The notes under the pieces were generated by a model that was not told where the DNA came from, did no database searches, and saw only the letters and a list, made by a program, of their open reading frames with translations. The position numbers and the translations under genes were made by a program. A stretch of DNA of 64,000 nt from an uncultured Elusimicrobiaceae bacterium (lineage in GTDB: Bacteria > Elusimicrobiota > Elusimicrobia > Elusimicrobiales > UBA9959), in NCBI GenBank assembly GCA_964417965.1, contig CAYQJX010000004.1:52405-116404 (forward strand), given 5' to 3'. Each line of letters starts with the position of its first letter. Within the stretch, counting starts at the first letter, position 1. This document shows, one piece after another, positions 36,893 to 43,699 of this stretch.

Positions 36893-37189
36893 TTAGTTGA
36901 ACTTCTTCCCGTCTATTATTCCCACTATCGCAGCGTCCACCGGCGGCGGGGCCGCCTTCACGGCGGTTTCCCCTTCCCAGCCTTCGAAAGCCAGGATGGC
37001 CTCGCGCGAGGCGACGAAGAAAACCGTTTCCCCCGCCCCGGCGCCTACGGTGTCGCCGGCTACCAGCGGGTCGCCCGACGGCTTGTCGGTCTCCCAGTCG
37101 AGCGGCTGTATCAAAAGCAGGGTCTTCGACTCCATGCCGCAGCACTGGCGGGAGCAGAAAACCCTTCCTATGACCTTGGCCTGTTTCAT
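36893..37189 (-). CDS. BMC-P vertex protein paralogue (divergent, with insertion)
   Basis: MKQAKVIGRVFCSRQCCGMESKTLLLIQPLD...VAGDTVGAGAGETVFFVAS...VDAAIVGIIDG. It has an extra FEGWEGETAVKAAPPP segment. Confidence 0.85.
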   Translation of the reverse strand: MKQAKVIGRVFCSRQCCGMESKTLLLIQPLDWETDKPSGDPLVAGDTVGAGAGETVFFVASREAILAFEGWEGETAVKAAPPPVDAAIVGIIDGKKFN

Positions 37190-37190
37190 T

Positions 37191-37637
37191 TCAATAGCAC
37201 TTCTGTTCTATCGCGGTGATCTTGTCGAGGCGCTTCTGGTACTTGCCGCCTTCGAAAGGGGTATTGAGCCAGACCTTGATCATCTCCTCGAGGGCCAGCT
37301 CGCCGTGCGTCTTGCCGCCGAGGCAGAGCACGTTGCAGTCCTCGTGCGCCGCGGCGAAGCGGGCCGAGATGGTGTCATAGGCGGCCACGGCGCGGATGCC
37401 GTGCACCTTGTTGGCGGCCAGCGGCATGGCCCCGTTGAAGCCGTCCACCAGCACGGCCTTGTCGAATTCCTTGCGGCGCACGGCCTCGCTGACGAGCAGG
37501 GCGATGTCCGGGAAATCCACCGGCTCCACGGAGTAACAGCCAAAGTCGGTAACGTCGTGGCCGAGCTTCTGCAGGAACTTCTTAAGCCGCTCCTTAGCCT
37601 CGAAACCAGCGTGATCCGCGCCTATGACGATCCTCAT
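37191..37637 (-). CDS. rpiB: Ribose-5-phosphate isomerase B (RpiB/LacAB family)
   Basis: MRIVIGADHAGFEAKE...GCYS...VDFPD...NKVHGIRAA...HEDCNVLCLGG. Confidence 0.9.
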   Translation of the reverse strand: MRIVIGADHAGFEAKERLKKFLQKLGHDVTDFGCYSVEPVDFPDIALLVSEAVRRKEFDKAVLVDGFNGAMPLAANKVHGIRAVAAYDTISARFAAAHEDCNVLCLGGKTHGELALEEMIKVWLNTPFEGGKYQKRLDKITAIEQKCY

Positions 37638-37647
37638 AAATTCTCTC

Positions 37648-38196
37648 CTATATGGCCGCGCCGAGATGTTCGTGCGCGTTGGGTATCACTATGCGGCTCA
37701 CTACCGCGTCCTCGCCTATGGCCTTAACGCCGGCGGCCACCGCGGTGCGCACGGCGCCGGGCTCGCCCACGACGGTGAAGTAGCCTTTGCCGCCAATGCC
37801 CTTGCCGGTGTTCACTTCGGCCACGTGCACGAAGGCGGCCTTGGCGGCCGCGTCGGCCGCGAACAGCGCCGGCAGGGCCTCCTTGGTCTCCACTATGCCC
37901 ACGGCCTCTATGCTGGCGGGCTTAACTTTCTTGTTGAGCGCGGCCAGCGCGCCGGCGTGGACGTTGCGGATGATGTGGCGCGCTATGAGCGTGTTGCCCG
38001 CTATCTCGGCGCCTTTGGCCAGCGAGGATTCCACCTCGCCGACGGGGCCGGAGAGCACTATTATGTATTTCCCCTTGGAGATCGCCTGGTGCACCTCGGG
38101 CTTTACGCCCGCGGCCTTGCACATGGCGTCCAGCGTCTCTATGCCCTTGGCTATCGAGGAAAGTTCCATCAAACCTATGGCAATGTTGGCCTGCAT
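37648..38196 (-). CDS. BMC-T shell protein (tandem Pfam00936, PduT-like; Ser at the PduT Cys38 position)
   Basis: Two BMC domains, IAIGLMELSSIAKGIETLDAM... and IEAVGIVETKEALPALFAADAAAKAA.... The start is taken at MQANIAIG. The ISKGKY motif stands where PduT has ICPGKF. Confidence 0.85.
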   Translation of the reverse strand: MQANIAIGLMELSSIAKGIETLDAMCKAAGVKPEVHQAISKGKYIIVLSGPVGEVESSLAKGAEIAGNTLIARHIIRNVHAGALAALNKKVKPASIEAVGIVETKEALPALFAADAAAKAAFVHVAEVNTGKGIGGKGYFTVVGEPGAVRTAVAAGVKAIGEDAVVSRIVIPNAHEHLGAAI

Positions 38197-38207
38197 ATAA
38201 ATTCTCC

Positions 38208-39620
38208 TTAAGCTATCCTGAGGTCGCCGACTACGCTGCACTGCAGCGGGCGCACGAAATGGCTGGTCTTGGTGATGCCGTCTCCCGTCGGGGTGCCGAT
38301 GGACATGGAGGCGTAGCCCTCGCCGAGGCCGAGGCCGTGCAGCGTGCAGCCGTTCTTGACGAAGATGGAGCAGGCCATGCGGCGGCCCATCTTGGTCATG
38401 TTCCTGATATTGGTGGAATACATCCCGGCCGAGTGGTGGTTCTCCCCCTCGGCGAAACGCGCCAGTTCTATGGCCGCGTCCACGTCCCTGGCTACCGTGA
38501 CCGGCAGCACCGGCATCAGCTGCTCGCTGACCACGAAGGGGTGGTCGTTCGGGACTTCCGCCCAGAGCACCCGGATCTCGTCGGACAGGGTCAGGCCGAT
38601 GGCCTTGGCGATAACGGACGGGTTCTTGCCGATGAAAGAGCGGTTCACCTTGGGCTCGCGGCCGGGTTCCAGTATTGCCAGCTTGGTCAGCTGGTCCATC
38701 TGGGGGCCGGTCAGCTCATAGGCGCGGGCGTCGGAGCGCATGGCTTCCAGGAAGCGGGAGCGCGCGGCCTCGGTCACTATCACTTCCTTCTCGGCGATGC
38801 AGAGCACGTTGTTGTCGAAGCCGCAGCCGTAAATTATTTCCTTCGCGCAATCCGGGAAGACCGCGGTCTCGTCCACCACTATCGGCGGGTTGCCGGGCCC
38901 GGCGGCTATGGTCTTGCAGGGCTTGCCGGAGGTCATGGCCACTTTTACTATGGCCGGGCCGCCGGTGACTATGTTCATATGGGTGTTCGGATGGGACAGC
39001 AGCTGCTTGGTGGCTTCCTGGGTCGGGTTGGCTATGGTGGTGACCAGGTTGGCCGGGCCGCCGGCGGCGACGATGGCGGAATTGAGGACGCGCACGGCGT
39101 CGGCCACACAGCCCTTGGCGGCGGGATGAGGAGAGAAGACGACGGCGTTGCCGGCGGCGAGGATGCCGATGGCGTTAGAGATGATGGTGGCCACGGCGTT
39201 AGTAGACGGCGTAATGGCCGCCACCACGCCGAAAGGGGCGTATTCCACCAGGGTAAGGCCCTTGTCGCCGGTATAGGACACGGCGCGCAGGTCTTCCACG
39301 CCCGGGGTCCCGTCGATGCAGACCATGTTCTTGAGGACCTTGTCCTCCACCCGGCCCATGCCGGTCTCGGCCACGGCCAGCTCGGCCCAGCGGCGGGCGT
39401 TGGCGCGGGAGACTTCGCGCATGGCGGCTATGATCTTTTCGCGCGCCACCAGGCCCAGGTCCTGGAAGCCGGGCTGCGCGGCGTTGGCGGCGGCTACCGC
39501 CTGGTCGACGGTGTCGAACACGGGGCCGCCGGCGGCGGCCGGGGACGGGGCGTCCGCGGCGCCGAGGCTGCGCACCACCTCGGTCACTATCTTTTTAAGG
39601 TCTTCTTCGCTTATGGGCAT
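38208..39620 (-). CDS. CoA-acylating aldehyde dehydrogenase (PduP/EutE-like) with N-terminal encapsulation peptide
   Basis: ALDH fold with catalytic-Cys context FDNNVLCIAEKE. The N-terminus MPISEEDLKKIVTEVVRSL is followed by an Ala/Pro/Gly linker. Confidence 0.85.
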   Translation of the reverse strand: MPISEEDLKKIVTEVVRSLGAADAPSPAAAGGPVFDTVDQAVAAANAAQPGFQDLGLVAREKIIAAMREVSRANARRWAELAVAETGMGRVEDKVLKNMVCIDGTPGVEDLRAVSYTGDKGLTLVEYAPFGVVAAITPSTNAVATIISNAIGILAAGNAVVFSPHPAAKGCVADAVRVLNSAIVAAGGPANLVTTIANPTQEATKQLLSHPNTHMNIVTGGPAIVKVAMTSGKPCKTIAAGPGNPPIVVDETAVFPDCAKEIIYGCGFDNNVLCIAEKEVIVTEAARSRFLEAMRSDARAYELTGPQMDQLTKLAILEPGREPKVNRSFIGKNPSVIAKAIGLTLSDEIRVLWAEVPNDHPFVVSEQLMPVLPVTVARDVDAAIELARFAEGENHHSAGMYSTNIRNMTKMGRRMACSIFVKNGCTLHGLGLGEGYASMSIGTPTGDGITKTSHFVRPLQCSVVGDLRIA

Positions 39621-39628
39621 AAGAGAGA

Positions 39629-39937
39629 CTAATCCTGGAATTTGTCGGCCGACTTCTTGAACACCACCTTGCCGTCCTTCTCTATGGTGTCGACTATCGC
39701 GAAGACGGTGCAGTCCACCGGCGTATTCTCGGTCTTTGAAGTCTGGCGGGCGCTGGAGCCCTGCACCAGCAGCACCAGTTCCCCGGTGCCGGCGCCCACG
39801 GCGTCTATAGCGACGAGCGTATTGCCGCGCGGCTTATCATCCAGGCCCACCGGCTGCACCATCAGCAGCTTGGTGCCGACGAGCTTGTCGTCCTTGCGGG
39901 TACAGACCACGTTGCCCACTACTCGTGCGAATAGCAT
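39629..39937 (-). CDS. BMC-P vertex protein (third paralogue)
   Basis: MLFARVVGNVVCTRKDDKLVGTKLLMVQPV...VAIDAVGAGTGELVLLVQGSSAR...DCTVFAIVD. Confidence 0.9.
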   Translation of the reverse strand: MLFARVVGNVVCTRKDDKLVGTKLLMVQPVGLDDKPRGNTLVAIDAVGAGTGELVLLVQGSSARQTSKTENTPVDCTVFAIVDTIEKDGKVVFKKSADKFQD

Positions 39938-39957
39938 GAATCCTCCGTCAGGGAATG

Positions 39958-39985
39958 GGCGCGGGGGCTTGAAGCCCCCTGCGCC
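39958..39985 (-). other. GC-rich intercistronic hairpin between BMC-H and BMC-P genes
   Basis: On the minus strand ggcgcagggggc-ttcaa-gcccccgcgcc gives 5+6 bp with one bulged A. No U tract follows. It is followed by a GGAGG Shine-Dalgarno and the BMC-P ATG. Confidence 0.45.
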
Positions 39986-39998
39986 GCGTTAAGCCCTT

Positions 39999-40283
39999 TT
40001 ACTTCTTTTTGGCTTCGCTTATCGGCAGTTTGCCTTCCAGGTCGCCGTGAGGCTGCGGGATCACGTGCACGCTCACCAGCTCGCCCACTTTCTGGGCGGC
40101 GGCGGCGCCGGAGTCGCAGGCGGCGCGGCAGGCGGCCACTTCGCCGCGGAAAAGGATGGTCACGAGGCCGGAGCCGATCTTTTCGTAGCCGACTATCTTC
40201 ACGTTGGCGGCTTTCACCGCGGCGTCGGCCGCTTCCACACAGGCCACGAGGCCCTTGGTTTCTATCATTCCGAGTGCGTCCAT
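39999..40283 (-). CDS. BMC-H shell protein (PduA/EutM family)
   Basis: [59 protein letters not shown]...HVIPQP. Confidence 0.9.
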   Translation of the reverse strand: MDALGMIETKGLVACVEAADAAVKAANVKIVGYEKIGSGLVTILFRGEVAACRAACDSGAAAAQKVGELVSVHVIPQPHGDLEGKLPISEAKKK

Positions 40284-40319
40284 ATTCCCTCCAGTGTAAC
40301 TAGACTAAAATACCGAAAA

Positions 40320-40952
40320 TCAGACTATGTAGGCCGGGTCGCAGTTCTTCAGGCCGGCGGCGTTGGCCTCTTCCACGTCCAGGTGCAGCTCCAGCGAGTA
40401 GGCGTCGGAGACGCGGCACAGCACCCGCTCGTAAATGGTCTCCCGGTCGGTGCCCCGGCCGCAGAGCACGCGCACTTCCTGGCCGTCGCGCACCTTGTAA
40501 GCCGCGCCTTCCTTCACGTTGAAATGGATATGCCGCTTGGACAGGATCAAGCCCTGCGGAATCGTGACGGAGCCTTTAGGCCCGACCAGTTTTACGCCCG
40601 GGGAATTGGCCAGCTTGCCGGAGTCGCGGATAGGCGGTTCCACGCCGAGGCGGCGCGCGTCGCCCAGCGACACCTCCACCTGGCTGTACTTCCGGTACGG
40701 CCCTATCATCCGGACGTCCTTGAGGGCGCCTTTGGGGCCCTCCACCGTCACCCGCTCGTTGCAGGCGTACTGGCCCGGCTGCTTTACCGGCTTGAGCTGC
40801 GTGTCGTCGCAGTCGGTCCCGAAGAGGGTCTTAAAATCTTCCTTCGTCAGGTGCACGTGCCGGTTGGAGACGCCTACGGGGATGGGCAGGGCAGAACGCT
40901 CCTGCCTGAGCTGCAGGTCCTGGAGTATTTCGCCGAGTAGCTTTTCGTTCAT
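40320..40952 (-). CDS. pduL: Phosphate acyltransferase PduL (PTAC) with EP-like N-terminus
   Basis: IPVGVSNRHVHLTKEDF..., a second half KRHIHFNVKEG, and GPYRKYSQVEVSLGDARRLG. N-terminal helix MNEKLLGEILQDLQL. Confidence 0.85.
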   Translation of the reverse strand: MNEKLLGEILQDLQLRQERSALPIPVGVSNRHVHLTKEDFKTLFGTDCDDTQLKPVKQPGQYACNERVTVEGPKGALKDVRMIGPYRKYSQVEVSLGDARRLGVEPPIRDSGKLANSPGVKLVGPKGSVTIPQGLILSKRHIHFNVKEGAAYKVRDGQEVRVLCGRGTDRETIYERVLCRVSDAYSLELHLDVEEANAAGLKNCDPAYIV

Positions 40953-40961
40953 TTTAATTTT

Positions 40962-41741
40962 TTACCGGCTCAGCGCCTGCTGGAAATGTATCACGCGCAG
41001 GAACTTGTCGGCCTTGAGGCTCTCTCCGCCCACCAGCGCGCCGTCGATATCGCCCTGGGCCATCAGCTCGTCGATGTTGTCGGCCTTCACCGAGCCGCCG
41101 TAGAGGATGCGCACGGCTTCGGCGTAATCCTTGCCGTAGATGCGCTCCATCTGCTTACGCACAAAAACGTGGGCGTCCTGCGCCTGGTCGGGGGTGGCGG
41201 TCTTGCCGGTGCCTATGGCCCAGACGGGTTCGTAGGCTATTACCACCTTCGCGGCTTCTGCGGCCGTAATGCCGGCGAAGGCGCCGGTCAGCTGGGTCTC
41301 CAGCACGCGGTAGGTTTTCTGGCTCTCGCGCTCTTCCAGCGTCTCGCCGATGCAGAGCACGGGCACGATATTGGCCTTTATGGCGGCTTTCATCTTCTTG
41401 TTGACGACCTCGTCGGTCTCGAGGAAGATCTTGCGGCGCTCGGAATGCCCGATGAGGGCGTGGGTGCAGCCCGCGTCTATGATCTGCGACGGGGACACCG
41501 CGCCGGTGAAGGCGCCCTTTTCCTCCCAGGCTACGTCCTGGGAAGAGAGGAAGATCTTCGAGCCGGCGATGGCGGCTTTTACCGCGTGCAGGTTGGTGAA
41601 AGAGGGGGCGAGCAGCACCTCGTGCTTGAGGTCCGGGTCCAGGCCTTTCTTCATGGCGGCGGCCAGGTCGGCGGCCTCCTTGGAAGTCAGGTGCATCTTC
41701 CAGTTGCCGGCTATCATCGGGATTCTTTTGTGGGAAGCCAT
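40962..41741 (-). CDS. tpiA: Triosephosphate isomerase
   Basis: IAGNWKMH, GHSERR and AYEPVWAIGTG. Confidence 0.92.
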   Translation of the reverse strand: MASHKRIPMIAGNWKMHLTSKEAADLAAAMKKGLDPDLKHEVLLAPSFTNLHAVKAAIAGSKIFLSSQDVAWEEKGAFTGAVSPSQIIDAGCTHALIGHSERRKIFLETDEVVNKKMKAAIKANIVPVLCIGETLEERESQKTYRVLETQLTGAFAGITAAEAAKVVIAYEPVWAIGTGKTATPDQAQDAHVFVRKQMERIYGKDYAEAVRILYGGSVKADNIDELMAQGDIDGALVGGESLKADKFLRVIHFQQALSR

Positions 41742-41788
41742 TTTCGGGTCTCCTTATAATTAATCAAAAAGATTATACAAATAATGGG

Positions 41789-42337
41789 CTAAATTATTTC
41801 CCGCAGCAGCTCCTGCCTGGGCTGGGGAATGACCACCTTCTCCACCAGCAGGCCTTTTTTGCCGGCTACGGCGGCGCCGGCGGCCACGGCGGTTTCAACA
41901 GCGGCGACGCTGCCGGTCATAGTGACGAAAGCTTTGCCGCCCAGCGCCATGGCCAGGCGTATCTCCAGGAGTTTCACATTGCCGGCTTTTACCGCCGCGT
42001 CGGCGGCCTCTATCAGGGCCGCGACCGAAAAAGCTTCTATAATGCCCAGGGACTCAAGACCGTCCACCACGGTGGTGCCTTCTATGGCCGGGAAAACCTC
42101 CGGATGTATGTTGGGGATAACAAAGCTGTCCACCAGGGAATGCGCCGCCTTTGCGGAGCCGGCTTCAACGGCGGCGTTAACGGCGCCGACATCGCCCGCG
42201 ATAAGCGCGATGTATTTGCCCGCGCAGATGGACCGCGAAAGTATCAATTTGATATCCGCGGTTTTCAGCATGGCGTCGGCCGCCTCCATGCCCTTGGCCA
42301 CACTGGAAAGTTCAACACCGCCTATTGCGTTTAGCAT
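41789..42337 (-). CDS. pduT: BMC-T shell protein, PduT-like with conserved Cys38
   Basis: Tandem BMC domains. LILSRSICAGKYIALIAGDVGAV aligns with Salmonella PduT [20 protein letters not shown], whose Cys38 is the 4Fe-4S ligand. Confidence 0.85.
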   Translation of the reverse strand: MLNAIGGVELSSVAKGMEAADAMLKTADIKLILSRSICAGKYIALIAGDVGAVNAAVEAGSAKAAHSLVDSFVIPNIHPEVFPAIEGTTVVDGLESLGIIEAFSVAALIEAADAAVKAGNVKLLEIRLAMALGGKAFVTMTGSVAAVETAVAAGAAVAGKKGLLVEKVVIPQPRQELLREII

Positions 42338-42344
42338 AAAGACC

Positions 42345-43688
42345 TTAAGCGATTATCTCCACATAGCGTTCGTTTACCTTGCCGACGGTGCCGGAGATGC
42401 TGGCGTGCACCGGGCAGCCCAGTTTGTCGGCCGGGACGTCCCCCACCACGGCGCCCTTCTCCACCCGCTGCCCCTCTTTGACGGAGGGCACGCAGGGAAC
42501 GCCGATATGCTGGCTCATTAAAATTTTCACCTTGCCCGGCTTATAAACGGCGTCGCTCCACGGCGCGGCCTTGTTGTAATCGTCCAGGCCCAGGCGCCGC
42601 ACCAGTTTTGAAACAGGCACCTTGCGGAAATCCCTGACAGGGTGCACTTCCGGCTTAACCCCGGTGTTAAGCTGCGAATTCTTGAAGCCCATCTTCTGCT
42701 CCCGCAGGTCGCTCTTGGCCGCGACGCAGGCCTCGCGCGGGTGCAGGCCCTCGGGACAGGAGTAGAGCGAGCACAGGGAGCACTCGCAGCACAGCAGGCC
42801 GTACTGGCTGTGCAGTTTATGTTCCGGCCCGCCGGCAAAAAGCATGGTGCGCATCACGCGGTGCGGCTGCACGTTGTGGCCCAGCAGGTAGCGCGGGCAG
42901 AACTCGGTGCAGAAAGAGCACTGGTCGCAGGCGGAGCGGCCGACGCGGGTGAAAACGGGGCGGCTCTGCGCCTTTTTGACTATCAGCGGATGGCTTTTCG
43001 GCAGCACTATGATGCCGGAGGAGGCCTTCATCACCGGCAGGTCGAAATCGGTCTGCACCTTGCCCATCATCGGGCCGCCGTCTATATAAGCGGGGTCCTT
43101 AACGGTGAAGCCCCCGCAGAGTTCCACGGCCTCCCGCCAGGTTATCCCTACCGGCACGCGGAAGGTGGCGGGTTTCTTTACCCCGCCGTTGACGGTTATG
43201 AAAGTTTCGGTGACCGGGCGCGGCGCGAGGGCGGCGTTATAGAGCGTCTCCACGTTGACCACCACGCAGCCCACTTCCAGCGGGAGGCCGCCGGGCGGCA
43301 CTATCCGGCCGGTGGCCTCGTAGACCAGGCACTGCTCGTCGCCGGCGGGGTAGTAATCGCCCATTTCAAGGACGGAAATGTTTTTGCGGGACTTCGCTAT
43401 TTCTTTAAGGCGCGGGATGATCTTTTCGTGTTTCTTTTTGATACCGACCACGCCTTTGGACGCGCCCACGGCGCCCATCAGCAGCTCCAGCCCGTCGAAG
43501 ACCTGCTCCGGAAAATATTCCAGGATCTTCTGGTCCTTCTTGAGCAGCGGCTCGCATTCGGCGGCGTTGACCAGCGCGAACTCGGCCGTCCCCTGCGCTT
43601 TCACGTAGGAGGGAAAGCCCGCGCCGCCGGCTCCAACAACGCCGGCGGCACGAAGGTTTCTGCTGAATTCAGCTGAGGTTTGGGACAT
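42345..43688 (-). CDS. RnfC/PduS-like flavo-iron-sulfur oxidoreductase
   Basis: GVVGAGGAGFPSYVK (51K-type NAD/FMN site), an SLBB-like region, and two ferredoxin motifs CDQCSFCTEFCP and CCECSLCSLYSCP. The C-terminal segment is RnfC_N-like (HIGVPCVPSVKEGQRVEKG...VHASISGTV). Confidence 0.8.
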   Translation of the reverse strand: MSQTSAEFSRNLRAAGVVGAGGAGFPSYVKAQGTAEFALVNAAECEPLLKKDQKILEYFPEQVFDGLELLMGAVGASKGVVGIKKKHEKIIPRLKEIAKSRKNISVLEMGDYYPAGDEQCLVYEATGRIVPPGGLPLEVGCVVVNVETLYNAALAPRPVTETFITVNGGVKKPATFRVPVGITWREAVELCGGFTVKDPAYIDGGPMMGKVQTDFDLPVMKASSGIIVLPKSHPLIVKKAQSRPVFTRVGRSACDQCSFCTEFCPRYLLGHNVQPHRVMRTMLFAGGPEHKLHSQYGLLCCECSLCSLYSCPEGLHPREACVAAKSDLREQKMGFKNSQLNTGVKPEVHPVRDFRKVPVSKLVRRLGLDDYNKAAPWSDAVYKPGKVKILMSQHIGVPCVPSVKEGQRVEKGAVVGDVPADKLGCPVHASISGTVGKVNERYVEIIA

Positions 43689-43699
43689 TCAGTAGTTGT

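Noticed and set aside
35308-43688. Interpreting the microcompartment as a carboxysome, Pdu, Eut or glycyl-radical BMC
   Set aside because: The locus has no RuBisCO or carbonic anhydrase, no B12 diol dehydratase or EutBC, and no glycyl-radical enzyme or activase. DERA is the only aldehyde-producing enzyme present.
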